Positions 25,201 to 39,957 are shown, numbered from the whole stretch's first letter. The stretch: 62,923 bases of DNA, filler included, from Reticulomyxa filosa (GCA_000512085.1; 22 parts of 22 records of this genome joined end to end with filler, not necessarily neighbours in it), one strand, 5' to 3'. Notes: a model not told the origin generated them from the sequence alone. A program made the numbers and translations.

Positions 25201-26849
25201 GCTTTACTTATTTGTCCTACAATATCTTTGAGAAATATTCAAAAACTTTTGCAAACTTAAGATGACTTACTATTTCCTTTGATTTTACTTGTCTGGAACC
25301 AAGAAAGTTGTTGATTTTGCTTGAGGTTTAGCCGAAGTTCAATGATGAAAGGAGTTTTAAAAAGAGAGAGAGAAAGGGTTTTTTTGTTACAAACAAATAA
25401 ATAAAGCTATTGCATTGGCGAAATATTGAAACGACAGAAGAATTGCAAAGAGATAGTGTCGTATGAAGTGACTGTGATAAAGCTGTGTGATAGTGTTTAG
25501 CACGTGGTTATTATTTGGACATGCAATGTTTCCTGAATGATCCATACACATGTTTTGGATGCAGATGGTGCAGATAGATCACATTCATTTTTCTTATTTT
25601 TTTTTTATTGAAAATATTTGAAAAAACAGTTTTCTCTTAAAAATTTTATTGAAAAATAATGTTACTGTGCTTCTAACGAAATTTTGTGATCAATTTATTA
25701 TTTTAATCTGAAAAGAAACTAAGATTTGTTTCATTTGTCATTTTCAAAACAAATGTCGCTATACATTGATAACGTAAAAAAAACTCAATACAACCAAAAA
25801 AGATCAAAATTTGATTGTGTTTACAGTTACAAACTTTTTTTAACCGTAAATAATCATGTAACAACCAAATCAACACGATTGACTTTGCTGCCTATTGTTG
25901 AAAAAAATCCATCTAGCAATGCTTGACTAGTGTAGTTTCTGCAGTCTTCGACTGAAGATTAATTTTAATAAGAAATTGTTCAGGGATTGGAATTTCAACA
26001 TTGTCAGCCTTATCATCGATACCAGGGATTTCTACGGTTCATCGCAGACACATTGAGCACTAAATACTTTTTTGCGTGCATATTGACTTTTATCAACTGT
26101 AATTGATTGTGTCTATTAGTGTGCATTCAATAACACATAATTATATAAATGTATAATTAGAAATCACTTTAACAAGATATTATCTTGATTGTAACATATT
26201 TTCCATCATTGTAAGTTCTACAATACACCGTTTTCCAACAACTTTATTTCAGAATGGACTTTCTTACGCTTTAATACGCTTTTTTTTGCTGTTTTTGTCA
26301 CTATTCTTGTTCTATTTCATTTTTTCAAATACTTTTTTTAAAAAAGATGAAGTTAAAAAAAAATATATATTAGCCTTCCTTACTTCTTAACATTTCTAAG
26401 ACAAGGACGTTTTTGAATTCGCCTTTGGATTAGATATGCTACATATTATATGTTATATACGCACATATATATGCACATTTTTTTTTAAATTTCGACTTGT
26501 TACCGTTATCTAATAAATTGATAAACACGACTCAACTTTGATTGTCTTGTAATTGTTTTTTTCATAAAAAAAATTGACAATTTTTGTATCTGTGATTTCA
26601 GTTATGTCTTTTTGCCAATGTTTCCAACGCAACTGTGTCGTTATTTTTGTTAAACACTGGTATTTGATATGATTCATCAAATCAACACAAAATTTACACG
26701 TTCGTGAGTCGATAGACCATCGTTTTGGATGTCCAATGACTTGAAAGTGGACATATCAGCACATCGTCTGAGTCAATATTATGCAAAAGGAGTGAAAAAA
26801 AAAGATATAAGTGTGTTGCAATTTCCATATTCTTGTAAATGTGAAGCAA

Positions 26850-27330
26850 ACCCAACTTTGCAGCGTCTGACAAAATCTTCAATTCGTGTGCCCACACATA
26901 AGTCTTGAGGAGACTTTGCATTGACATTCAATTGACTTCTCTAATCGTCATAAATGACAGTGAAGAGTTTCATAAATGTCTTGGCCTTTCACTCGTCTAA
27001 CAGCATCAGACTCTTTCACAATTCGAATTTCGACAGTTGCATGTATTGCAATCTTTGTGTTAGTTTTGTCTTTCTTTTGTGAAAACCAGACAATATACTT
27101 GTGATCTTTGTATAATCGAACTGTATGATACCAGACACTTCCAAATTTGCTATCGACGAGATTGCAGTTCATACATTATATTTGCAAATAACAAAACAGA
27201 TAAAAAATAAAAACGTAAATGAAGCGAACCAGAGTCTTGCCTTCTTTCATTTGAGATAACACATCACCATTATCTTTCAAAGTTGTGTCTCCATGAGTAT
27301 TTTCTAAAGACACGAAATGAATGGACAGAT
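26850..27330 (-). pseudogene. Degenerate PH-domain (PLC-type PH-like) gene
   Basis: VLSQMKEGKTL | ..KFGSVWYHTVRLYKDHKYIVWFSQKK...IAIHATVEIRI and a terminal helix VWAHELKIL; frameshifts and stops around it. Confidence 0.45.
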
Positions 27331-29984
27331 GATTGTGGTCCTCGTGTGACAAGTCGTCATGATGTCACTCATGACATGCAGCCGAAGACTATAATCTCGA
27401 AAGACTATTGTTTTCGCTGCCCATCAAATATTGAAGGATTTCCGGATCGTGGGGCGCCATGTTCGTCATCTCCATTGCCCAGTTCAACCATATCAAATGT
27501 CATCACTGTTGTCTCTGTCAGTCTGAATATGGTCTACTAATTTCGATAGCGTTGCTTTTCGAGTATAGGACATCACTTGTAATGTTTGCTTTGTTTTTTT
27601 TTTCCAATTCACACTCGATTACGTACACTTTTTTTTTTTGGAAAAAAAAATTCAAAACGTGTAGTGGTAGTAACCATAAGTTTAGCAAGCTCTTTGAATA
27701 TTTCATCTTTTTTAGTGTCCAAGCATCCTTCGTCCCATAAAGTTTGAATATCCATTTGCTCNNNNNNNNNNNNNNNNNNNNNNNNNNNNNNNNNNNNNNN
27801 NNNNNTTAATTAATTAANNNNNNNNNNNNNNNNNNNNNNNNNNNNNNNNNNNNNNNNNNNNTGATAATTTACTCCCTTTGTATAAAGTTAAAATTGACAT
27901 CAGTAAGCAATTATTTTGTACAGTGATTATTTGTAGTCATAAAAAGTTTAATTAGTATAAATTGAACATTTTAAAAAGTTTTGCAAAATTAATTTTGCGA
28001 GTGGTTAATCTCAATTAGATGATATTTAATAGAAATACGAGGGCCTTCTTATCAACACATGCGTATACACGCTATGCCATTGGATGACAATTATAAAATG
28101 TTGCTGTAAAGGGAGATTAGTAAAAAGATATTTTTATTTTTAAAAAAGAAACTGAAAAAAACGTATTTGGAAAGTGATGAATTTAGTGTGAAGTCCAACA
28201 TCACCGATAATAAAAGGATTTGTCTTGATGGAATTATTCAAACTTAAAAATTGACGAGACATCCTTAATCAAATGTTCTGATAATTATAATGGACAGCTT
28301 GAATTATATATATTCCAACATATTGCACTCACGCCTTTTGGAAAAAGAGCAAAAAACATCTTGCATCCAGCAACGATCAATTCCAATGACAGCAATTTTA
28401 TTGCCTGAAAAAAAAAAAGCACGCAAATCTTCGTCGTCCAATACATAAAATATGAATAAAAGGTTCCCACGCAAAAAAAAAAAAACATTCTTTACTTATT
28501 GTTGTTCTTATTGCATTAATTGCACATTGTAAGACGTGCAAATATAACTCTACTAAATGTGTTTGTCCCTCAATTTTAAAAGTAGAAAACGTGTGTGTGT
28601 TGTTTTGCGATGTTGAAATGCATTTGTTTTCCTTTTTAATAATTTCTATTCCAGCAAAATTCCAACAACAAGTTGTTTCAGAGATACGGAATTTATTTGA
28701 TGGAAACGCTGACGAGACAAATGCTATTCTGATTTTGATTGCAGAAAATACATTGCCAAGAATTCTTTGCTTTTTTAAATATAAACGTAAATATCATTGT
28801 AGCGTCTTTAATAAATAATTGAATAAGCGTATTTGAATACAAAAAAGGTTTGGAACAAAAAAAGAAAGTTGAAAAAGCGGCAATATTACAGCTATGGATC
28901 AGCCAACTTTATCTTAAAATGAAGACCAAAGCACTAGAAAGTTATTCAAATTACTACAACGAGCTAAACATCTATGGAATATACATTCATTACTGTTGAG
29001 GAAAGGACGAACTTAAACATCATCAAAATGAAATTTGATAGATTTAAATAAGAAAAAAACTTCAAAATTTTAATGAAAATGTTCTTGAATATATTATGAA
29101 ACATTTTGAAATAACATAAACATATAAAATTAGAAATAAGAGTTTATGCAACAATTTGCAATCCAAATGCGATCACTTAAGTGGAAATGTGGATATAATA
29201 TTTGAAGACACGACATGTCCATTTACAACAATTTAAATTACGTCTAATTTTGTCTTCTTTTTCTTTTTTTTCCAAAATANNNNNNNNNNNNNNNNNNNNN
29301 NNNNNNNNNNNNNNNNNNNNNNNTTAATTAATTAANNNNNNNNNNNNNNNNNNNNNNNNNNNNNNNNNNNNNNNNNNNNCCTCTTTCAGCAGAAAACCCA
29401 CAAATGACATCATTTTTCATTTGTATTCATTACATAGAATCTCACTGAGTTGTTTTACTAGCTGACAAATGCCAAGAAACAAATCATATATACAAATATG
29501 TATATTTCAATTTATCTATTTTTCGCATGATGCAACATTCTAAATTGTAATTTTATTCGAAACTGTTAAACAATGGCGTCCACCAGTGAAAATTAAATAC
29601 AGTATTATGTTATATGATTTATTTGTGTAAGTTATTGAAATAACCTTAAGTCACATATAAATTTTTATATTTTGAGAAAACATTGCTTTGTTACTTTTTG
29701 TATTTTTTCACATTTTTTGTTTCGACAATTATGATTTGAAGCAAGTGTATTATGTCCACTTATAAAACAACATATAATTAGTACAAACTAGTATTATAGT
29801 GACATGCTATATACTTTAGCAAAACTAATATTTATTTATATGTTCATTGTAGTAAAAAAAATTAATTATTATTAGCATTAGTTAATCGATTATGTAGTGC
29901 ACTTATGAAAGTTCAATTTTCTAGAAGACTGATTTAATGAACATCTGGCGAGCTCAATATTCAATTAGAATATCAATATCGCTT

Positions 29985-30880
29985 TTTTTTCATTGTCATT
30001 TTTTTAGGTCTATTTTACCATTGTTTAATTATGTTTTCGTATGTGTTAAGACTTCATTTATACAATTCCCCCATCTAGTCATATCAAATATGTGCTTTCT
30101 TAAGTTAAGACTATCACAAAATCTTTCAACGAAAGAAAAAATGTTTGTTCAAATTTTGCAAATAGATCATACAATGATATTCATTATAGAATTGCAAACA
30201 CATACATTATTAATTGAAACGAGTTATTGTCTTCATAATATGTAATTGACAAGAATGTCTTTATGTAAATATCAACATCTAATGTATTCTCTTATTATGC
30301 AATTATGGAATCCATTTGTAGTCTTGGACATAAAACAATGATACTTTATCATATAGTCAGCAATATAATAATATGCATGTATCTGATATCAATTGATAAC
30401 TCTTTATATTTAATTGTTTGCAACGTGTCAAATCAAACAAAGTAATTTCTTTGGATAATAACTGATGGACAACAAATGATTGCTATTTCCACCACCATAT
30501 GTGCCCCATAATAATAATCTCCATTTGCTCCTATATAAAGTGAATTGCATTTTTTTTCATTATAACTGGATCCATAGCAGTGTTGTGCATCATCTTTCAT
30601 GCTATCTTTATCATTACCATTACTCACACATTTCACCACCAACTTATGCTTTGGTAAGATCCGCCAAAAGACAGCAAAGGAATATTATATTTCACTACAC
30701 AATGCCATTACAATTCTACTTTATTTGAATACAAGTATATGGTTGTATTCCACTTTTAATCGTATGACAAGAAAACGTCGCGCTTACGATAGCCCTCCAA
30801 AACAAGGATTTCATGCTTGTGTACTACACACTGAGAACGGTCTAGCGGAATAGGCAAAGAGGCTAAAATTTCAAAACGAG
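29985..30880 (-). pseudogene. Kelch-repeat gene, heavily decayed
   Basis: FEILASLPIPLDRSQCVVHKHEILVL(G)GY and IGANGDYYYGAHMVV(GG) are Kelch blade patterns, with multiple frameshifts. Confidence 0.6.
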
Positions 30881-31205
30881 TGTAATGTCCATTTTTGTGA
30901 AGCAATCTTAATGGAAATGGATTTTGTATTTGCTTTTTCAAAAAATACAAAATGTAGTTGAAACTTGAAAGATTTTTTGTTCAAAAGAGCACTACCCAAA
31001 ATAACCGTTTTCAAAAACAAATAATTTTTCAAGACACTTGTGTTTTCTGCCTGTATGTTACAATAAATGTAGTCGTCTTTGAACTTCAACTGCAAAATAT
31101 CACCATAACCTTCCTCTAGAAAAATATAAATACTGAAACTGAGTAAAGTGATGTGCCTCTTTTAATAAGAAAGGGCCACGTGTTTTAGTAAATGTTTAAT
31201 TAGCC

Positions 31206-31218
31206 ATGTCATCACAAA

Positions 31219-31253
<35 letters not shown>

Positions 31254-31770
31254 AGCAATAATAGTAGCAATGACCAAAACACTTCCAATTCTGGAATACA
31301 ACGACGCAATCTGTCAGATTTGTTAAGACAGCTAGCAGCACGGAGTTCATCAGCACAAGGGCAGGGAGCGTTGACTAGTAACACCCAAGATGACAACCAG
31401 TCAACTAGTACCAGTAGTGAGGACAATGCCGGACAAGCAACTAGTAATGAGGAGAGTAGTGGCAACAACAATAACAACAACAACAGCAATAGGAATATAA
31501 CCAGTGTGATGGGATGGTGGAATCGTTTTGCAGCGATGGAAGAAGAGATAGTGCGAACGAGGCAGTTGGATATGGTCGACCGCGTGAATGAGGAAACAAG
31601 CAACCAGGACATAATAACAGCAAGGGACCAGTTGAAGCAATGGATTGGGACAAGAATAGCAACAAGTGAGAGCGACAGTAAAACAGAGCAGCGAGACCCA
31701 ATGGACGTGTTATTGGGGAGACCAAGCAGGCCCCATTTACCACGTAATTTCTATCATATGACAGCCTATG
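31206..31770 (+). CDS. First exon of an Asn/Ser-rich hypothetical protein
   Basis: ATG 31206, poly-Asn tracts, open frame up to a GTATGT donor at ~31770. Confidence 0.5.
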
Positions 31771-32029
31771 TATGTGTGTTGTGTGTTGTGTGTGTGTGGA
31801 ACATATGTATACGTATAAGAAAAAACCAAATATTTTGTTTTTTTTTTTTGAGAAAACCAAAACATAATTAAAACTTNNNNNNNNNNNNNNNNNNNNNNNN
31901 NNNNNNNNNNNNNNNNNNNNTTAATTAATTAANNNNNNNNNNNNNNNNNNNNNNNNNNNNNNNNNNNNNNNNNNNNTGTTTCCATTTGGAAAATGTTTTA
32001 ACTTAAAAAAAAAAAAAAAAAAAAATTCA

Positions 32030-32423
32030 TGTTTGTGTGAACAATTAACTGCTTGACTTGTTTGTTGCGACCCTCGTGAATGCGCAGTGTGCTTTGCGGC
32101 TGTGGAAAGAGAACCTCGTGACGAACTCCACGTATTGTAGCTTAGCACCACTAAAATAATCAATGCGAACAACATGTTCAACTTGCCCATTGGTAATTCA
32201 TTATCGTTTTCTGGAAACTCATACTCGCTCCCCAAAACAGTTTCATAAAGTATCCCAATATCGACGCTTCCAATGCTATCATTATTGTCAGCTCTTTCAT
32301 TGAAAACTTCGTGTGGTGCTCGTCATTCTCGAACAATTCCACTGCTGGATTCAACAAATGCCTTCCTCTGCGAAAGTTTTTACCATGTCTCTTTCTTCTT
32401 CTTGTTTTCAATTTTCTGGTCAT
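32030..32423 (-). CDS. Hypothetical membrane protein, 5' part (two hydrophobic segments; frameshift ~32235)
   Basis: Basic N-terminus, then LTIMIALEASILGYFMKLF and LNMLFALIILVVLSY. Confidence 0.3.
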
Positions 32424-33559
32424 TATTTATTTTTTTTTTCCTGAAAGGAAATGATCCTTTTCTTTTCTCCCTCCCAAAAAAAGGGGCTGAAAAAAAGCCA
32501 GCTGCAGTCTTTGCTGAAATTCAGTTATATATGTCATTTGTAATTCTTTTACTATTTGTCAAGAAAACAAAGTAACTTTGTCGCTTTGCAAATATACATT
32601 ATGATAATTTGGAAAGATAATTGTTGAATATCAAATGGAACTACATGAATATGCTACATTGTGAAGCAAAAGCATGTACCAGGAATATAACAAACATAAT
32701 TGTAATAAATAAATACAATATACTACAGAAAAACTGAATATCTAAAATATCCCTTATGAAGATTATCCATTTTCCAAAAATATAAACTAATTTTTAGTGT
32801 TTATTTTGTATTATTTTTTTTAGTAATAACTTTTTGTGTTTAGCTCAATTCTACTTTTTTGGTACCATTTCTGGTTATGGACTTGCCTACACAGTTGAGG
32901 AAAACTAAAATTTAGTTTTAATAATAAAATGTAATTTTATCTTCAAAGTATACACATTCGAGGGCTCTATCTTAGTACTAGCTTCCTACAAGCAAATGAT
33001 CAATTTGTATCTTGGGCACAAAGTAAATGTTTTACATTTGTTTGTTTTGTGATCTGCGGCTATGCGCTTTGAGTTGAAGAATTTTCAATTTGAAGTATTA
33101 CCATATTTTTATTTTTCCTTGGTACATTATAAACGATTCTTTCTACTTCTTTCTATTTTCTTTAAGCAATCATAAGCATAAAGAAAAGCTTTTTGAAAAG
33201 TTACTTGTTTATTATTATTTTCGGACAACTAGTTTATATTTGATTTGGATTTTATTTTCGCATTTCGTGTTAATTTGTTTGAGACCATATTGAAGACATT
33301 TATTTTCTTACTATGATGATTTAATCTTTTTTTACCTTGCTTGTTTAATGAAAGTGTGATTACCTCTCAAAAGTATTAAAGATCAAACAAAAAAAGTTTT
33401 TTTAGTAATGACACATCGCAAAAAGTTGACCACTTTTTGCTTGTTTGTTAAGAAAAGAAAGATTTGTTTTACACCATAATCAAAAAACAAAAGAAAACCA
33501 AAAAAAGCTTTTGGAGCTTTGTCCAAAAAAAATTTGCATTTTGTGAAATTGCAAACGTG

Positions 33560-36500
33560 ATGTCTTTTCCTCCAAGTGTAACTTCGACTACACTCTCTAA
33601 ATCTTCTCATTCTCTGTCGCTCAACAGTAATCCACGGACATTATCTCAGTCATTAGCGGAAGTATCACCGCGCAGGAAGAAATCAGCATCACCAACAAAG
33701 GCTTATTCTCAATCGAAGCAACATGCACAAAAAAAATTTGACTCTTTCATTACGGAATATATTTACGGTGATGGACAAAGCGACGTGTTTAGCTCAATTT
33801 CGCAATCAACATGTGACACCCCTCCGGATGCGTTTTTTTTATCCTCTACGCAAAACACCGAAATCATTTCATCACAACTTCAAGACACGGAAGTATTAAC
33901 ATTGCCATCGCTTTCAACAATAAATCAAAGTTTCTTATTTTTGTGCATTTTTTCTATTATTTATTTTATTTTTTTTTTTTTTTTTTTTACACAAACGGAA
34001 TTTCGCCAGAGAGAAAAAAACTTGTACTTTTTTTAAAAAAAAAAACAAACAAAACAGCTGAGACAAGGCCAGTAGGACGTTATGACGAAACAATAAATCC
34101 AACAATAGTCTCGCTGAAGAGACAGATAGACAAATTAGAAGAAGAGAACAAAGCATATAAACTAGAGAATGAACGCTTGACACTATTAGAAGTAGATCAC
34201 CATCGCGTCAAACAAGCGGCGGAAAAACTGGACCGTTTGCTGGAAACCTCCGAATCGGAAAAGAAAGCATTGCAGACGAAAACGACGCTTCAGCAAAAAG
34301 AAAATTGTGACCTCCGATCTCAACTGCACCAATTCAACCTCGACTTTCAGCTTTTGAAAGAAGAGAAGGAAAAAGCCATTGAAAACAATAAAGAAAAGTG
34401 CAAGCAAATTTTGAGATACTATCAACGTATACATCAACATAACAAAAGCAATGGCAAAGAGAATGGAAATACAAATGCAAATGGGAGGGACAATCAGCAA
34501 ACTGTCAATGGATTGCCGGTGCTGAAAAGACCAGAACCGATTCGCGAAGACACGCTGAAAGTGCAACATCAAACAGATTTTGTCACTGCGTTTTTAAATG
34601 GCGACGTTAGTGTAGACGACCTGGCCGAAGACATTTCAAAAGAAAATGGCGGGTGGACAGACTTGGACAAACGGATCCAAAGAGATAACAACGGTGAAAT
34701 TGTTAATATAATACCGAGCACAGACGATGATCATGACAATCACAAGCAAAGTAATAACAATAATGATAATAATGGTAACAATAATAATAATAACAATAAC
34801 AACAATAATAATAATAATAATAATAACAATAGTGACGCTTCAAAGACCAATCACACAAGTGACCCTAATGACACGAAGAAAAAAAAATTGAAAAAAACAG
34901 ACTCGCTGTTGAAATTAAAACACGACTGGAAAAGAAATCAAAGACATGTGTTGGCAGAATTGAAAAAGCGAGTGAAAGAACTTGAACAACGCCAGAAACA
35001 AAAGAACATTGAGCTTGAGGCCGCACGTAAAGACACGGGATCCAAGATCAAGGAATATGAGCAAATGTGGAAAGAACGACTGGACAAAATGCAAGATGAG
35101 AGAGACTCATGGAGAAGACGATTCAAAATGCTTGAAGAAAGACTTGGAATTGCTAAATCCAATGACAACAATGGAACGACAATTGCTACTACTCCTACTC
35201 CTGCTCCGCCGAACATCAACAATGACAACAGTACTACTGCTAATAACACTGAGCATAATAACAACATTGCCAATGATAATAACAATGACAATAACAATAA
35301 CAATAACAATAACAACAATACAAATAATACCAGTGCTACAAGCAGCGACAATAAAACTGGTAATGACAATCATAGCAACAACAATGGCAATATCAATAAC
35401 GATTGTTCTGAGAGCGGATGTGGCGTGCCACTACAGGTTTTGAATCCACACGAATTGGCAGTTGAATTGGTTCATTTGAAAGATGACATGACTGAACTGA
35501 AACGAAAGTATATGAATTCAGTCGAACGCACCGAACAACTGCAAGAGCAATTGACAGAAAACACCAAATCCCTGGAATCAAAGTATGTAATTCTATCAAA
35601 CACAATATATTTACTTTGTTTTGTTTGAATATAAAACACAAACAAAATACACACTTGCAAATAAAACATTAGAAAGGAAGAGCTCGAAAAAATAAAAGAA
35701 GCCTGCAATAATCAAATGGAAGAGATGAAGGTTGGATTTTATACGTCTGAAGGGTGAGATAGGAGATAGGAGAGGGTTGCCACGGTATATTTCTATGCAA
35801 TGTGGAAAAGTATAAATTTTGTTGACTTGAATATGATGTGTGTGTATGTATGTGTGTTATAACAGAAACGCTTGGTAGAAGGGGTTCAAGATCAAGTAAA
35901 ACTTACTAAAGATCTTCAAGTGTTGCAAAAAGAAAATAGTCGATTGAAGAAAAAACAAACAGACCAAACCGAATTACATCAAGCAGTACGCAAATTAACA
36001 AAGGAAACGGCAATGCTGAAAAATCAGAAAATTATTTTGATCAAGCAAATCAAAGATATTCAAACACTAGGTTAACAAAAAAATAAATAAATGAGAGAGC
36101 AATAAAGGAAGAAAAGAGGACATCACACATCGTATACATAATTCATGCACATATACATATATACGTACACAATAACAACAATGGTATGGATGCGTTTGTA
36201 TGTTTGATCACAGCTGCGGAGGAGGGCTTCGATGCAGTACCACAGGGAATCTATCTCACAGCTTTGTTGGAGGACTGTGAAGAGCCTGAAGAAAAGAAGA
36301 ATAAACAAGCCAAGAAAAAAAAAGGTAATGAGAGTGAGGAACAGGGTGAAGATAGCGTTGGAGATATTTTAGCAGAATTAAATGAACTTGATACCACTCG
36401 CTCCAATGTTTCCAAGAAATATGACGATGTATGTATACGTGTTTTTATTTTTATTTTTTAAAAGTGTTGGTTTTGTTTTCTTTAAAAATTTATATGATAT

Positions 36501-39500
36501 TATAAAATACAACAACAAATCGATGAAAATAAAATATAGACCAATGCAAGCAAGTCTGAACCTGCTTACACCGAAGATGAAAAAGACGAAAATGGTACAA
36601 ACGCACTCTCTTTGGAAAAGGATGTTCCAATGGCGACAACGATACCAAGCACAAAAGGATTCGAGAGCGAGTCAGGCAGTGAAGATGGAGTTTTAAGCCT
36701 ATTTCGACAAAAAAAAGCAACAAAGCACAACAAGCGAAAACAAAACAGCTCAAAGAAGTGAATGAAACAGGAAACGGTAATATGGACAGTCCTTGCAATC
36801 GCACATCTTCGGAACAATTGCGGCCTCTTCATACTTTGAAGCACGAAACAACTCAAGACAATGTAAATGTAGATTATCAATCCCAATCCCAACCTCAACC
36901 TCATTCTCAACCCCAACCTCAACCTCATTCTCAACCCCAACCTCAACCTCATTCTCAACCCCAACCTCAACCTCAATCCCAAGAAAAACTCAATGAAACA
37001 TCCAATGCGCAAAATGATAGCAATGAATATAGTGATGCTAATGCGATTCATAATGAAACCCCTACATCGCAACCTAAATCAAATGCAGTTCAAATGCAAG
37101 TAAAAAGAGCTTGCGAAAACAAGCCTCAATCATTGGACAAGGTATCAGAGACTGGCCCGGTAAAATCAGAGGCATTCACCTCTTCTATCAAGCCCAATAC
37201 TCCGATGCATGAACCTTGTTATATTGAAGCAGCCATTCCTGAGCCAACCCTGATTGACTTGGGCAATGACAGCGAAGAGGACACGGAAATGATGGCTTCG
37301 GCATATTGCACTACTTTTCATGCGGTGAATAATAATAACAATAACAGTGATGTAAATCAAACGAAAACCAAACCTATCACGCAGAGCAAGCCGTCAACTC
37401 ACTGGAAGCCCCCTACAAAAGTAACAAGATCCAGTCTATTGGACAAACACAACAACAACAAAGCCGCTTGTGCGAGCACACCTAGTTACATCACCACAAA
37501 CATTCCACTTGTCACTGACATCAATAGTGATAGTGATGACCCGCCCAAAGAAGAGGAAGACCAAATAATAAAGGAAGAGTATTACATATCCGAACAAATG
37601 GAAAACCGCAGCTTAAGTGGTAATGATAACTATTATGATAGTGATAATAGTGAAAATGCTCCAATTATGAATGATGACCACAACAAACAAATGCCGAATG
37701 AAATTGCCCTGCCTTCGTCATTAAAGAAAAGAATCCAAGCCTCAACGTCCACTTGTGCAAAGAAAAGAGGTTTGAATGAGATACCAGCGCCGACCTTGTT
37801 CAATTCAACAGATGCTTCCACGTTATCAAAAAGAAGAAAATTATGTAATGACCAACCACATGTCGTCAAATTTGAAAAGCCAAACTTAGCTCAGACAGTC
37901 GTGTTTCCTACTTTGTCCCAACATTTGCAACATATCTTGATCTCCGAAAGCATACGTCCTAATATTATGAAACTAGCTTCCAGTCGTGACTTTGAATCAA
38001 TGCAACTTTGGATGGAGGGATTGAAGAAATATCCCCCGTTCACAAATGAAGTTGGTTCCAAACGTCTTGGTGCCCCCCCAAGCAATGCCTTTATTGCAAA
38101 TACATTCATTTTATCGTGTTTGAAATTACAATGGACCGATGCCAAGGGCAACAGCGAATTATTTCCGATTGCATCAATCCGGATTTTTGTTGTATTGGTT
38201 ACGTATGGTGTTATTTATTTCTCTATTCAATTTGTTTTTACTTTTTTGTTTGCTTATTCGTCTGATTTATTTATTGTTAAAATATTAGTTGTTGTTTTAT
38301 ATATACATATATATATTGTTTATGTCCAAAATAGGTAAATGGATGGAGCGAATATTTGAAAAACAATACTGACAAAACACATTCTGGAGATCAGACGAAT
38401 GGGAGCTTGATGAATGAAATGATCCGATTGTGCAACCAAATGGTACTGACCCGACATTCGTATCAAGTTGTAGAATCAACCCCTGTTGCTTTGTTTTCCT
38501 CCGAAGAATTGTCTTTGCATTCGTGGAAAGTTGTCAGGTTACTTTGAAAAAAATTACAAACACATAATTGAGGCAATATCACACATACACACATACACAA
38601 ATATAATGCAAATACACAAACTGAAAACAAAACTCAAATTTGTATGGTTTGGAAACAATAGTGCCTTGTTAGCGGCTTGCTTGAGACATTCTCAAAACAT
38701 CCGATCTTTGTTGGTATGTTTTTTGTTCTTTTTTTTTTTAAATAAATAATGAAATAAAAAAATAAAAAATAGATGTGTTGGTATGAGGTAGTGAATGAAA
38801 AACCAATGGAAATGGCAATAGAGATAATATCAACAATGGTGGAATATTTTCCAGAGAGCGTGCGCGATCCTTGCGTGCTCATGCGTGCCATACAATTAGT
38901 GCTGTTAAGACCTTTACCAAAGACGTTAGAGCAGAAATATAAAATCACGCAAGTCAAGTTGTGCTCTTTATTCAAATATAATGAAAACACCATAGAATCG
39001 ATGTCAGTGTTCAAAAAACTGCGTCAAGATATGATTGAATCAGAGTGCTTGCAATATGCACTACAATCCTCTCAACAATTAAGTCAAATGCAATCAGCGA
39101 ACAATCCCAACTATGAGAAGGATAAAGAAATTGCGAATCAATTATATGAGAGAGGATTGGTTATGAAATTGTTTATGAAACATGATATAAAATTCAGTCT
39201 CCAAAAATTGATGTCACAAATAATTTGGAAGTGTATTTACACAAATTGTAACAATTTGAAATACAGCGTGGGAGTGAGTTATTTGATTAATTTGTTTATT
39301 GAAATGGTGATACTGCTGCAAAAAATACTGGATGGTAAACAACAATCCACTGCCCATGACTCTTCCTTGCAGTCATCTTGCATCAGTATTTGGCAAAATG
39401 TTTACAATACAATGGTGTTTAATATGGTGATCAATGCGAAAAACTATTTCCAGAAAACACTGAATGGTGGCATACCTTTGCATGTCTGCGCTTTAATTCA

Positions 39501-39957
39501 TGGATATTTTGTGTTGAACAAAAGCCAAGATTCTTGTTTGATGAAACGCTGGCTGGCCGATTGTGAAACATTAAGCCAAGACTCGTGTGAATTGCTATGC
39601 CAAACTTTGTTAAAGGCATGCCAATTTGGAAATGTAAATGTCTTCAATACACAATCCACAAACGATGATAATGCTTCTTCGCTCTACTCTGAAATGATCG
39701 CGGAATTCAAACATTCTGTTAAAAATTTTTATCATCTATTGATCGATGTGTTTACGTGCAAAGGCTGGAACACAGAACTATTGGAAGTCATGAAAACCAA
39801 TCATTGGAACGAATGTGTAAGTAATACACCAATTCCCAGCACTTGTAAGGCAAGTGTCGCAAAAACTTCACTTAAGCGAGAGCATGGGGTTGAGGGATCT
39901 CAATCGCAAGAAAAACGAGATCGTGTCAGGGGAAGAAATTTGAAGATGCAAAAATGA
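33560..39957 (+). CDS. Large multi-exon protein: coiled coils, poly-Asn/QP low-complexity regions and a helical C-terminal domain; unknown function
   Basis: Long ORFs 34059-35582, 36758-38200 and 38773-39957 plus small exons linked by GT-AG introns (e.g. 35583-35672, 38714-38772); A-run frameshift near 36710. Confidence 0.65.
34750..34830 (+). repeat. (AAT/AAC)n poly-Asn coding microsatellite
   Basis: Read directly; a second tract lies at 35270-35330. Confidence 0.9.
36890..36975 (+). repeat. 24-bp coding tandem repeat x3.5 (QPQPHSQP)
   Basis: CAACCTCAACCTCATTCTCAACCC at 36890, 36914 and 36938, with a partial copy at 36962. Confidence 0.92.

Noticed and set aside
34938-35443. Long hydrophobic or repetitive ORFs (poly-Leu, ITIT, VIVI; also 19056-19430, 31196-31612, 36566-37072)
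   Set aside because: Antisense or alternate-frame shadows of coding microsatellites.
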